Under the pieces are notes generated by a model that was not told the origin of the DNA, made no database searches, and saw only the letters and a list, made by a program, of their open reading frames with translations. The translations under genes were made by a program, and so were the position numbers. Shown in pieces: positions 40,174-49,852 of a stretch of 64,000 nucleotides of DNA (the first letter of the stretch is position 1; the number at the start of each line of letters is the position of its first letter). The DNA lies in NCBI GenBank assembly GCA_015063905.1, contig SVTF01000004.1, positions 9,082 to 73,081 of the forward strand, in the 5' to 3' direction. This DNA is from Oscillospiraceae bacterium (GTDB lineage: Bacteria > Bacillota > Clostridia > Oscillospirales > CAG-272).

Positions 40174-41043
40174 ATGCTTAATCTTTGCGACCCAAAGACT
40201 ATAAGACAGGTAATGGATATGTTTGGACTGAATTTCAAAAAGGAATTCGGTCAGAATTTTCTTACCGACAATATGACTGTTGAGGATATTGCCGACGCTT
40301 GCAACGATGACAAGGATATAACCGTTGTTGAGATCGGACCCGGCATTGGATGTATGACCCGCGAGCTTTGTGAGAGATACTCTCGCGTTGTAGCGTTCGA
40401 GATCGATTCGGGACTTATCCCTGTTCTCAAATATACGCTTGACGAATACAAAAACGTTACCGTGCTAAATCAGGATATCATGACCGCGGATCTTGAATCG
40501 GTCCTTGCTCCTTATTTTGAAATGGGCAAGGTTGCCGTCTGCGCAAATCTCCCATATTATATCACAACTCCAATACTTATGAAGCTTATAGAGTCAAAGC
40601 TTCCCTTTGACAGTATAACCGTGATGGTGCAGGCCGAGGTTGCGGAACGGCTTGCGGCGGGCGCGGGCAATAAGAACTGCGGAGCTATAACCGCGGCTAT
40701 CGACTATTACGGTCACGCAGAGCTGCTGTTTACTGTAAACGCAGACAGGTTTATGCCTCCTCCAAAAGTTAATTCTTCTGTTGTAAGGATAGATCTTTGG
40801 AAGGACAAGCCTGTAGTACCTATTGATGAGGAGCTGTTTTTCAAAACCGTAAAGGCTGCTTTTGAGCAAAGGCGCAAAACGCTCCCCAACTCGCTTATGA
40901 CAGGTTTTTCGGAAATATCAAAGGAAAGGCTAACCGAGCTTATCATTTCCTGCGGACATCGCCCCGATGTGCGCGGAGAAAAGCTTTCAGTTCGTGATTT
41001 TTGCACACTCTCGGACGCAATTTACCACGAGCTTAACAAATAA
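40174..41043 (+). CDS. rsmA: 16S rRNA (adenine1518/1519-N6)-dimethyltransferase
   Basis: FGQNFL, VVEIGPGIGCMT and ANLPYYITTPI motifs of KsgA. Confidence 0.9.
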   Translation: MLNLCDPKTIRQVMDMFGLNFKKEFGQNFLTDNMTVEDIADACNDDKDITVVEIGPGIGCMTRELCERYSRVVAFEIDSGLIPVLKYTLDEYKNVTVLNQDIMTADLESVLAPYFEMGKVAVCANLPYYITTPILMKLIESKLPFDSITVMVQAEVAERLAAGAGNKNCGAITAAIDYYGHAELLFTVNADRFMPPPKVNSSVVRIDLWKDKPVVPIDEELFFKTVKAAFEQRRKTLPNSLMTGFSEISKERLTELIISCGHRPDVRGEKLSVRDFCTLSDAIYHELNK

Positions 41044-41075
41044 TAAGCGATACCACTTTGCAGAATGGAATTTGT

Positions 41076-43055
41076 ATGAAAAAATATTCGGTTTATCTAT
41101 TTATTCTTCTACTCCTTGTGCTTTGTTTATCTGCATCAGCCTGTAATGATGCACCGTGTAAGCACCCAAACATTAACAGCGCTACCTTGGAGGCAACCTG
41201 CCTTGCGGCAGGTAAGACAACTTATACATGCCCCGATTGCCAATTTACATACGTTGACAAGATAATTGAGCCAAAGGGTCACACGTACAAGGCGGCGGTA
41301 ACTCCTCCAACATGCGAGAACGGCGGGTACACCACATACACGTGTGATTGCGGCCATAGCTACGTCTCCGACTATACAAAAGCCTTGGGGCACGACTACA
41401 CAAAGGAATTTTACACTATACCGCCCACCTGTATGGATCAGGGCTATACGTTTTATGCCTGCTCTGATTGCGAAAGCTCATACACCACAAACTATGTAAA
41501 GCCTACGGGACACACGCTCTCGGCAACCGTAACAGATGCTACTTGCTCCTCGGAGGGATACACAACGTACAAGTGCGACAACTGCGCCTACACCTTTGTT
41601 TCAGACTATACAAAGCCTCTTGCGCACGACTATACAGACAATATCATAGTAACCGCTCCGACTTGCACCGAACAGGGCTATACGACCTATAAATGCAACG
41701 CTTGCGAGCATGAATACATATCAAGCTTTACCCCGCCCGCAGGCCATGACTATACTGACAGTACCGTAACTGTCCACCCCACCTGCACCGAGCAGGGTTA
41801 TACCACGTACAACTGCAACAATTGCGAGCATTCTTACGCCTCTGATTTTACCCAACCGACCGACCACGTCTACGTTGAACAGACCGTATCGGCACCAACC
41901 TGCACCGAGGTCGGTGTAACCAAATACGCATGCTCATGCGGAGAGGAGTATACGATAACAGTTGAAGCAACGGGACATGATTTTACAAGAACTGTAACCA
42001 TGCCCACGCTCTCAGATATGGGATTTACGGACTTTTATTGCGAAATCTGCAAATATTCCTACACGGGAGATCTCCGCTTCTATAATGATATATTGCCAAA
42101 CGGAGCATATGCTTTGGGGTCCGAGGTCAAGGCGATTGGTATTGACATATCCGAGCACAACTATAACGGTATTGACGCTATTGATTTCGCCGCTATCAAG
42201 GCTTCCGGCGTTGATTACGTTATAATCAAGGCGGGCAGCTCATACCGCGAGGGCTATACGCTTGGCGGTATCGATCCCCGATTTGAGCAAAGCTATGCGG
42301 ACGCAAAAGCCGCGGGACTTGACGTTGGAGTATATTTTTACACATATGCTACCACCGTTGAGGATATAGTTTACGATGCGCATTTGCTGCTTTCAATTCT
42401 TGATGGCAAGCAATTTGAATATCCCATATATCTCGATCTTGAAGATGATTCTCTTTTAGCTCTCGACTCTGCCACGCTTACCCAAATGTGCGTAGAGTTC
42501 TTTACCGTGCTTCAGCGCGCGGGATATTACACCGGACTATATGTAAATAACGAGTGGCTTACACAGAAGATTCAAACAGACGTGGCTCTCTCCAAATTTG
42601 AAATATGGTATGCCCGCTATCCCGGTGCATCGGACAGTGAAATCATCTGGAATACAGAATTATACGGGGCTCATCTCGGAATGTGGCAATACAGTGACAA
42701 GGGCGAGTTTGAGGCTATACCCGATATCCCGTTCGACCTTAATTATGCGTACAAGGATTATCCCGCGATCATTACCGCGGGTGGATTCAATGGGTATGAC
42801 GCCGACGTAAGCTTTGTTGACGACGGAAAGGATTTTGTTTACGTTATCGCTAATGCCATGAATATTAGATCCACACCTGATTTTGATTCCGAGGAAAATA
42901 TCATTGGCATAGTATATAAGGGCGCTCGGTTTGAGGTTTTGGAAAAAACCGATGATTACACAATGATCCTCTATAACGGCCTTATCGCATATATAAGCGC
43001 AAATCCCCTATACGTTTCATTTGAGATACCGACATTCAGCAACGTTACACAATAA
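41076..43055 (+). CDS. Secreted GH25 muramidase with N-terminal 8x H/Cys3 repeat array and C-terminal SH3b-like domain
   Basis: Signal peptide MKKYSVYLFILLLLVLCLSASAC. Repeats span aa 34-339 of the ORF-track protein. The GH25 core reads GIDISEHN..IDF..IKASGVDYVIIKAG...GVYFYTYA...YLDLE. The C-terminus NIRSTPD...GARFEVLEK is SH3_3-like. Confidence 0.8.
   Translation: MKKYSVYLFILLLLVLCLSASACNDAPCKHPNINSATLEATCLAAGKTTYTCPDCQFTYVDKIIEPKGHTYKAAVTPPTCENGGYTTYTCDCGHSYVSDYTKALGHDYTKEFYTIPPTCMDQGYTFYACSDCESSYTTNYVKPTGHTLSATVTDATCSSEGYTTYKCDNCAYTFVSDYTKPLAHDYTDNIIVTAPTCTEQGYTTYKCNACEHEYISSFTPPAGHDYTDSTVTVHPTCTEQGYTTYNCNNCEHSYASDFTQPTDHVYVEQTVSAPTCTEVGVTKYACSCGEEYTITVEATGHDFTRTVTMPTLSDMGFTDFYCEICKYSYTGDLRFYNDILPNGAYALGSEVKAIGIDISEHNYNGIDAIDFAAIKASGVDYVIIKAGSSYREGYTLGGIDPRFEQSYADAKAAGLDVGVYFYTYATTVEDIVYDAHLLLSILDGKQFEYPIYLDLEDDSLLALDSATLTQMCVEFFTVLQRAGYYTGLYVNNEWLTQKIQTDVALSKFEIWYARYPGASDSEIIWNTELYGAHLGMWQYSDKGEFEAIPDIPFDLNYAYKDYPAIITAGGFNGYDADVSFVDDGKDFVYVIANAMNIRSTPDFDSEENIIGIVYKGARFEVLEKTDDYTMILYNGLIAYISANPLYVSFEIPTFSNVTQ
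41157..42074 (+). repeat. Tandem in-frame coding repeat (about 111-123 nt units, 8 copies, diverged)
   Basis: Peptide period is 37-41 aa with consensus H-x-Y-...-PTC-x-E-x-GYTTY-x-C-x(1,2)-C-x-H-x-Y-x-S-D-[YF]-T-x-P. Central copies (TAPTCTEQGYTTYKCNACEHEY / HPTCTEQGYTTYNCNNCEHSY) are also near-identical at the DNA level. Confidence 0.85.
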
Positions 43056-43060
43056 ACAAA

Positions 43061-43088
43061 AAAACGGCAGAATACATCTGCCGTTTTC
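43061..43088. terminator. Bidirectional terminator between the GH25 gene and typA
   Basis: AAAACGGCAG aatacat CTGCCGTTTT. Confidence 0.8.
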
Positions 43089-43098
43089 TTTTGATATT

Positions 43099-44943
43099 TT
43101 ATTTTGAAGCCTCTGCCGCGCGGCGAGCCTTCATCATTTCTTTCATACGAAGCTCTGTATTGAGTATCTTTTTACGGAGTCTTATTGACTTGGGTGTTAC
43201 CTCGATAAGCTCGTCGTCTGAAATGAACTCAATAGCCTCTTCAAGACTGAAGATCTTAGGTGGAGTAAGCAAAAGCTTTTCATCAGCTCCCGCGGAGCGA
43301 ATCGCCGTAAGGTGCTTTTCTTTGCAAGGATTGACCGCGATATCGTCATTCTTGGGATTCTCGCCAACGATCATTCCCTCATACACCTCAGTCTGAGGTC
43401 CGACAAACAGCTGACCGCGTTCCTGCGTATTATATAGTCCGTATCTCGTAGTAACTCCTGCCTCGCTGGCAACGAGCACGCCCGTAAATCTCATAATAAC
43501 ACCGCCGCGATAGGGCTGATAGCCATCAAAAAGCGTATTCAGCACGCCTTCTCCGTGTGTTGCCGACAAAAATTCGGAACGGTATCCGAAAAGACATCTT
43601 GAAGGAATACTGTACTCAATTCTCATTCGCTCGCCAATTGGAGTCATCTCGATAAGGTCGCCCTTTCTCTGTCCGAGCTTTTCTATTACTGTTCCAACGT
43701 ATTCGTTTGGAACGTCAAGCGTAACGCGCTCCATAGGCTCACATTTTTGCCCGTCTATTTCTTTAATAATGACCTTGGGATTTGAGCAGGTCATCTCATA
43801 GCCCTCGCGGCGCATATTCTCAAGAAGGATCGAGAGATGCATCTCTCCTCTTCCCGAAACTATAAACTCGTCGGTAGTATCTCCGTCGCGCACACGCAGG
43901 GAAACGTCCTTTAACAGCTCTCTGTACAGTCTTTCACGAAGCTGGCGAGAGGTTACAAACTTGCCCTCTTTACCTGCCAGGGGACTTGTGTTTACCGAGA
44001 ACGTCATCTCCACCGTGGGCTCGCTGACCTTTACAAACTCAAGCGGCTCAGGATTTGTTGTGCAGGTTATTGTATCTCCTATCGAGATGTCGCCCGCGCC
44101 CGAGAAACATATAATATCGCCCATCATAGCCGTCTCAACGGGTACACGGACAAGTCCGTCTATCTGATAGAGCGAAACTATCTTTGTTCTCTTTGGCTTT
44201 TCATCGGGCTTGTGGTAATTGCACACCAATACCTCCTGTCCAACGTTAACGCGTCCTCTCTCGATTCTTCCGATTCCTATTCTGCCCACGTAGTCATTAT
44301 AGTCAACGGAAGACACCAGAACCTGAAGATCGCCCTCCAGATCGCCAACAGGCGCAGGGATATAATCGAGTATAGTGTCAAACAGAGGCGTAAGGTCGGT
44401 TCCCTCCTCATCGGGAGTAAGGCTTGCGGTTCCCGAACGTCCCGAGCAATAGAGCATGGGAGAATCGAGCTGATCGTCGTTTGCGCCGAGATCAATAAGC
44501 AGCTCAAGTATCTCATCCTCAACCTCACCAAGTCTTGCGTCGGGCTTGTCTATTTTATTGATACAAACTATAACTCTGTGATTAAGCTCAAGCGCTCTCT
44601 TCAAAACGAAACGAGTCTGAGGCATAGGACCTTCAGCCGCGTCAACAAGCAGAATAACACCGTTAACCATTTTAAGCACGCGCTCCACCTCGCCGCCAAA
44701 ATCGGCGTGACCGGGAGTATCTACGATGTTGATCTTTACGTCGTTATAATGTACTGCAGTGTTTTTAGCAAGTATGGTAATTCCTCTTTCCTTTTCAATG
44801 GCATCCGAGTCCATTACTCTTGTCACAGTTTCCTGGTTTTCTCTGTATATGCCACCCTGCTTTAACAAACCGTCGACCAGCGTTGTTTTTCCGTGGTCAA
44901 CGTGAGCAATGATAGCCACGTTTCTTAAATCATTTCTTACCAT
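43099..44943 (-). CDS. typA: Translational GTPase TypA/BipA
   Basis: IRNVAIIAHVDHGKTTLVD G1 motif, DTPGHADF G3 motif, and an EF-G-like domain order; 614 aa. Confidence 0.95.
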   Translation of the reverse strand: MVRNDLRNVAIIAHVDHGKTTLVDGLLKQGGIYRENQETVTRVMDSDAIEKERGITILAKNTAVHYNDVKINIVDTPGHADFGGEVERVLKMVNGVILLVDAAEGPMPQTRFVLKRALELNHRVIVCINKIDKPDARLGEVEDEILELLIDLGANDDQLDSPMLYCSGRSGTASLTPDEEGTDLTPLFDTILDYIPAPVGDLEGDLQVLVSSVDYNDYVGRIGIGRIERGRVNVGQEVLVCNYHKPDEKPKRTKIVSLYQIDGLVRVPVETAMMGDIICFSGAGDISIGDTITCTTNPEPLEFVKVSEPTVEMTFSVNTSPLAGKEGKFVTSRQLRERLYRELLKDVSLRVRDGDTTDEFIVSGRGEMHLSILLENMRREGYEMTCSNPKVIIKEIDGQKCEPMERVTLDVPNEYVGTVIEKLGQRKGDLIEMTPIGERMRIEYSIPSRCLFGYRSEFLSATHGEGVLNTLFDGYQPYRGGVIMRFTGVLVASEAGVTTRYGLYNTQERGQLFVGPQTEVYEGMIVGENPKNDDIAVNPCKEKHLTAIRSAGADEKLLLTPPKIFSLEEAIEFISDDELIEVTPKSIRLRKKILNTELRMKEMMKARRAAEASK

Positions 44944-45123
44944 ACCTTCTCCTTTATTCTATCAACAAATTTACACGTTTTCTACCAAATTAATATTATA
45001 TCACATTTTTGTCCAATGTTAAATTGAAATTTATGACGATATTTATAAAAAATGTGACAGCAAATTATTTATTTTGACTAAAAATTGCGGTTTTGAGTTA
45101 CAAAACCCAAAACCGCTTTAAAA

Positions 45124-46059
45124 TTATTTCAAGAATCCGTTTATTATCTGTTCCTCTGCCTGCTTTTCGTCAAGACCGAGAGTCATGAGCTTGATCAACT
45201 GCTCACCCGCGATCTTTCCGATAGCCGCCTCGTGAATTAGTGACGCCTCTGTGTTATTCGCGATAATTTTCGGTATTGCCTCTACACACGCGTTGTCCAT
45301 GATTATTGCGTCGCACTCGGTGTGACCGGAGCAACGGTTGTTACCGACAACGTCCGAGATAAAGAGCTGACGCGAATTGTCCTTTGCCACAGAGCGTGAA
45401 ACTACGTGTGTTCCGCAATCCTCACCCTGAAGGTCGACCACGAATTCGGTTTCCGCAAACTGACTTCCGTGCGTCATTATCTTTTCGTGGACGATAAGCG
45501 TGGACTTGTCCTTCAACACAGCTTCGGTCTTACGTTTTGTGGAATCAACACCCTTGATCTGCGTTGTTTCCATTTCCATATACGCGCCCTCCTCAAGAAG
45601 AACGACCGTTGTGGGATTCATAACGTTCTTTCCGTTTCCGTCTCCGTCGCCATAATGCTTTTCAACGTACTTTATCCTTGCGTTTTTGCCTACAAAGAAG
45701 CTATGAATTCCGCTGTGCTCGCTATCCTGAACGCCGCAGTTGTGTATTCCGCAACCCGCGATTATGACAACGTCCGCGTCCTCGCCAATATGAAAATCAT
45801 TGTAAACAAGCTCGCGCAGTCCCGATTCCGCGATGATCACGGGAATATGCACGCTCTCGTTTTTTGTTCCGGCTTTGATATATATATCTATGCCGGGCTT
45901 GTCCGTTTTTTTCTCTATAACTATGTTTTCCGAGGAGTTCTTACCGTACATCTCACCGTCAACGCGGATGGAATACGCTCCCTCCGGAACCTCATGCAGT
46001 CCCGCGACCTCGCGGAGAAGATTCAACTGAAGCTCATCAAGCTTTTTCTTTTCAGCCAT
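45124..46059 (-). CDS. Short SufB/SufD-family Fe-S cluster scaffold protein
   Basis: 311 aa with a beta-helix-like SufBD core and a C-terminus ...EAAIGKIAGEQLIKLMTLGLDEKQAEEQIINGFL typical of SufB/D. TAATG junction with the upstream ATPase gene. Terminator at about 45080-45118. Confidence 0.75.
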   Translation of the reverse strand: MAEKKKLDELQLNLLREVAGLHEVPEGAYSIRVDGEMYGKNSSENIVIEKKTDKPGIDIYIKAGTKNESVHIPVIIAESGLRELVYNDFHIGEDADVVIIAGCGIHNCGVQDSEHSGIHSFFVGKNARIKYVEKHYGDGDGNGKNVMNPTTVVLLEEGAYMEMETTQIKGVDSTKRKTEAVLKDKSTLIVHEKIMTHGSQFAETEFVVDLQGEDCGTHVVSRSVAKDNSRQLFISDVVGNNRCSGHTECDAIIMDNACVEAIPKIIANNTEASLIHEAAIGKIAGEQLIKLMTLGLDEKQAEEQIINGFLK

Positions 46060-46790
46060 TATTCTTCACCTCCGCTCGCAAATCTGCAGCTCGCCTGCGC
46101 CGAGAGCAGCTCGGGCAATATTTCACTCTTGGAGCCGTATGCGGCAACCTTTCCGTCCGCTATAACCACGATCTTATCGGCAATATCAAGTATTCTCTCC
46201 TGGTGAGAAATAATAAGTATATTTCCGTGTGTTCTCTCATGCATCTTTTCAAACACCTTGATAAGATTGTTAAAGCTCCAGAGATCTATTCCCGCTTCGG
46301 GCTCGTCAAACACCGAGAACTTGGTGCCGCGCGCGTTTATCATGGCGATCTCGATTCTCTTAAGCTCTCCTCCCGAAAGAGATTCATTAACCTCTCGGTT
46401 TACGTATTCCTTGGCGCAAAGTCCAACCTCCGAGAGAAATTTGCACGCCTCCGCAACCGAGATCTTTTCGCCTGCGGCAAGAGAAATAAGGTCCTTTACC
46501 GTAATACCCTTAAATCTGACGGGCTGCTGAAAAGCAAAGCTTATTCCCGCTCTCGATCTTTCGGTTATATTCATATCGGTGATATCCTCGCCATCGAGAT
46601 ATATCCTTCCGCTATCGGGTGTAACTATACCCGCAATCACCTTGGCAAGCGTGGATTTTCCCGATCCGTTAGGACCTGTTATCGCAACAAACCCATCATC
46701 TATCGTAAGCGATACGTCGTCAAGAATTCGGCGCATCTTATTTGTTTTTGGGTCTGTAACCGTATACGTTACATTCTTTAATTCTAACAT
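46059..46790 (-). CDS. sufC: SufC-like Fe-S cluster assembly ABC ATPase
   Basis: Walker A GPNGSGKST, signature LSGGELKR, Walker B FSVFDEPEAGID, and H-loop ISHQ. Confidence 0.8.
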   Translation of the reverse strand: MLELKNVTYTVTDPKTNKMRRILDDVSLTIDDGFVAITGPNGSGKSTLAKVIAGIVTPDSGRIYLDGEDITDMNITERSRAGISFAFQQPVRFKGITVKDLISLAAGEKISVAEACKFLSEVGLCAKEYVNREVNESLSGGELKRIEIAMINARGTKFSVFDEPEAGIDLWSFNNLIKVFEKMHERTHGNILIISHQERILDIADKIVVIADGKVAAYGSKSEILPELLSAQASCRFASGGEE

Positions 46791-46922
46791 ATTTCTCCTT
46801 TCTTTGAGACTGTATATTAACTCAAATAAACTAATATAGGGAAGACTTTGCAGACACTGCTCAATCTTCCCTATTATTCTACCATAAACTACTAATTAAA
46901 TCAATATATATTTTACAAAAAT

Positions 46923-47927
46923 TTAATGTCTACCAAAATGGTATTTTTTGTACAAATTATCATAAAGAGTAGGAATTGTGTGCTGATGGTCTCCGCAGAA
47001 ATGCCATCCAATTCCCCCTCTGCTTGTAGGACGGTTTACTATGTTCTTTCTCGGGCGGTAATAGTAGTTTGGATCCTCATATCCTATCTTTGAGCGATAA
47101 TCTCCAAGATCGATAAGATCAAAATTTGCCGTTGTTATATGGAAATTTTCATAGCCTAAATTTCTCGCGATGGACAAAGCCTTCAAAAACACCTCAGCGC
47201 CTATTACCGCTGAACCGAAGTTCAGGAAAACGCCCCCATCGAGATCGCATACCGACGCGCACATTTTTTTGAAATCCACTCCCGAACATTTTCCGATCAC
47301 GCTCATATCGCACGTGGGATGCTGATGAATTATATCCGTTCCAAGAGCTATATGATAGGTTGCGGGAACGTTATTGACGTATGCTTGATAAAGAACGCAG
47401 TCTTCACGGTAAGGAAATTTTTCGGGGTTATCGAATATGTATTTCCCCAGCGATTCACCATAACCGAGCCCCTCTGCCGCTCCAAGCCTCAAAGCCTCGT
47501 TCATCCATGCACCCGTCTGCTCCCACATTCCAAATGAACCGTCCTCGATGGCGGTTGGCACATCCTCGCTCGTTCCGCCGAGATATGCAAGCTCAAAATC
47601 GTGTATGCTGCCCGCTCCGTTTGACGCGATATGGGTTATAACTCCGTCCTTAATAAATTGGATAATATAGCGGGACAGGCGATTTTTTATAACGTGCGCT
47701 CCCATAGACCATATTACCGGACGACCGTTTTTCCTCGCGTTGATTATTCTATCAACAAGCTCGTCAAAATCGGGATGCTCGAACCTTTGATGAGTGGTCT
47801 CTCCCGGAGTCATAAGATTATCTATTCTGACAAGATTGTGTCTGATATTCGCATCGTACGTTCTTATGTTATCAAATATAAGCTCTCGGCTTTTGCTCTC
47901 TCCCTTAAATACACCTCTTTTATCCAT
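46923..47927 (-). CDS. Hypothetical protein; N-terminal half reminiscent of a DHS-like (deoxyhypusine-synthase/sirtuin-type) Rossmann fold
   Basis: 334-aa ORF with GGAGGA 7 nt before the ATG, 3 nt after the HAD gene. The segment GRPVIWSMGAHVIKNRL...GVITHIASNGAGSIHDFELA resembles the DHS-family pattern. The assignment is weak. Confidence 0.6.
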   Translation of the reverse strand: MDKRGVFKGESKSRELIFDNIRTYDANIRHNLVRIDNLMTPGETTHQRFEHPDFDELVDRIINARKNGRPVIWSMGAHVIKNRLSRYIIQFIKDGVITHIASNGAGSIHDFELAYLGGTSEDVPTAIEDGSFGMWEQTGAWMNEALRLGAAEGLGYGESLGKYIFDNPEKFPYREDCVLYQAYVNNVPATYHIALGTDIIHQHPTCDMSVIGKCSGVDFKKMCASVCDLDGGVFLNFGSAVIGAEVFLKALSIARNLGYENFHITTANFDLIDLGDYRSKIGYEDPNYYYRPRKNIVNRPTSRGGIGWHFCGDHQHTIPTLYDNLYKKYHFGRH

Positions 47928-47930
47928 GAT

Positions 47931-48701
47931 TCAATCCTCCATCCAAGCCAAAATCTCATCAACTTTATCAAAACAGTCAACAAGCGCGTGCGCTCCCGCG
48001 TTTGTCAGGCGGTTTACCTTTACATCGTCTATTCCGCAAAGGTCGCGCTCTTTACCGCATATGCCAAGCGTGCATGCGCCCGCGGCTTTTCCAAGCCTTA
48101 TCTCCACGGGCCCGTCGCCCACGACGAGTAATCCTCCCTGCCCCTGTGAGATAAGTCGATTTAAGGTCGCCTCCTTGGAGCAGTCCTCGGAGTGAGGCTT
48201 GGCGCCCGCTATCTCGTCGAAATACGCATCTATTCCGAGTATTGCCGCCTCATGCTTTACATCTGCCTCATCAGTTCCGCTTGCGGCAAATATTCTGACG
48301 CCTCTCTCCTTTAACGCCTCTAAAAATTGCTTAGAGCCGCGCATTATATATTTATCACTGTTTCCCGACACTGTGTCTGCGCATCTTTTCTCAACGTTGA
48401 TCATAAGGCGTCGGTTATATTCTGCTTTATATTCCCACGGATCAAGGCAAGCTTTTCCTTCTTTTTTGACTCTCTCCGCCAGCCACTTCATCTGCAATAT
48501 GGTCTGAATACCCGTTGATGCGGCGATATAATCACGAACCTCTTTTACATTTTCCTCGGTGTAATCCTCACCAAAGATATATTCAAGCATCAAAGGCTCC
48601 ATAACACTTTCCCAGCCACAGCGCAGAGTGGAGATGGTTCCGTCAAAATCAAAAACCGCGCAGTTAATTTTCTTTTTTTCATGCCTCTCTAATACTATCA
48701 T
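47931..48701 (-). CDS. HAD-superfamily hydrolase (phosphatase/phosphomutase-like)
   Basis: Motif I AVFDFDGTIS and C-terminal VVGDGPVE (motif IV). The ATG lies 23 nt inside the ROK gene, with GGAGGA 7 nt upstream. Confidence 0.75.
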   Translation of the reverse strand: MIVLERHEKKKINCAVFDFDGTISTLRCGWESVMEPLMLEYIFGEDYTEENVKEVRDYIAASTGIQTILQMKWLAERVKKEGKACLDPWEYKAEYNRRLMINVEKRCADTVSGNSDKYIMRGSKQFLEALKERGVRIFAASGTDEADVKHEAAILGIDAYFDEIAGAKPHSEDCSKEATLNRLISQGQGGLLVVGDGPVEIRLGKAAGACTLGICGKERDLCGIDDVKVNRLTNAGAHALVDCFDKVDEILAWMED

Positions 48702-49851
48702 TTATCTGTCCTCCAAGTATATAGCCTTCAATTACAGTTTCCGCCGCCGCAAACGCGCGCGCATCTTCATCAAGAGCAGAACAAACAACGTGTACACTGT
48801 GTCTATCTCTCGAAATACCGGTCATGTCTATTCTATTCTTAATCGCTTCTTTGATTATGAAAGACGATTCTCCAAGCTCTCCTCCAAGAACGATATAGTC
48901 GGGCTCAAAAATATTTACCGCGTTGACACAGGCAACTCCAAGCATTTCGCCACCGCAACGCAACGCTTCCGCCGCGCAACTGTCGCCCTCCTTTGCCAAT
49001 TTAACAAGATCACTTATATTTTCGCACTCACAGCCCGCATCTTTTGCGTTTTTCAGAATAGACGGTATAGAAGCATACAGCTCGGCACATCCAACGTTTC
49101 CACATCTACACGTATCTCCGTCAAATTTTACCGTTGTATGTCCTATTTCGCATCCCATTCCGCCATATCCGCAGAAAATCTTGCCATCCTTTATAATGCC
49201 GCATCCGAGTCCGTGATCGGCGAGAATGAACATAAGGTCTCCATCTATTCCGCTTACGTTTCTTTCCGCAACCGCCAGAGCGTTTGTGTCCTTTTGAAGC
49301 GTGACGCGCAGGCTCAACCGTTGTTCAACGGCTTCTTTTATTTTGAAATTATGGAACATATCGAGTCCGGGCGGATTGAGTATTGTACCGCTTTGAGTAT
49401 CCACGGGACCCGGACAGCAAACGCCTATACCCAATACGCGTCTATGCGCAAATAAATTTTGCAATTCTGTTTTTATGATCTCGCATATCTCATCCACTGT
49501 TTGCTCCGCACTGTAACAAAGCTCTACTCTGCTCTTGAAAACAGGTCTTGAAGTAAAATCAGAAAACAAGATTCCGCAACCTTCTCTTGAAACGTCTACT
49601 CCAATCGCAATATAAGCATCGGGGTTGAGTTTAAGCATGGTGGGTCTGCGTCCCGAATCGGATTTTGCGGCATGCCCCTCAAGGACGAGAGTATTCTTTA
49701 TCAAATCATCTACGATAATTGTTACCGCCGCTCGAGAAAGACCCGTAACACGTGCTACATCCGCGCGTGAGCATTCTCCCTTGCGTATCAAGTCCAAAAT
49801 GCGAAGCTTATTGGTTTCCTTCATATAGAGGGAATTATTAACCCGTGTCAT
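48679..49851 (-). CDS. ROK family transcriptional regulator (wHTH + ROK sugar-kinase fold)
   Basis: N-terminal wHTH RILDLIRKGECSRADVARVTGLSRAAV, and ROK zinc motif GHTTV...CRCGNVGCAE. Start taken as MTRVNN (49851), 1 nt after the kinase stop. Confidence 0.8.
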   Translation of the reverse strand: MTRVNNSLYMKETNKLRILDLIRKGECSRADVARVTGLSRAAVTIIVDDLIKNTLVLEGHAAKSDSGRRPTMLKLNPDAYIAIGVDVSREGCGILFSDFTSRPVFKSRVELCYSAEQTVDEICEIIKTELQNLFAHRRVLGIGVCCPGPVDTQSGTILNPPGLDMFHNFKIKEAVEQRLSLRVTLQKDTNALAVAERNVSGIDGDLMFILADHGLGCGIIKDGKIFCGYGGMGCEIGHTTVKFDGDTCRCGNVGCAELYASIPSILKNAKDAGCECENISDLVKLAKEGDSCAAEALRCGGEMLGVACVNAVNIFEPDYIVLGGELGESSFIIKEAIKNRIDMTGISRDRHSVHVVCSALDEDARAFAAAETVIEGYILGGQINDSIREA

Positions 49852-49852
49852 A

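Noticed and set aside
41076-43055. The GH25 lysozyme as a prophage endolysin.
   Set aside because: It carries its own signal peptide and sits between rsmA and typA with a private terminator. No holin, capsid, tail or integrase genes occur anywhere in the window.
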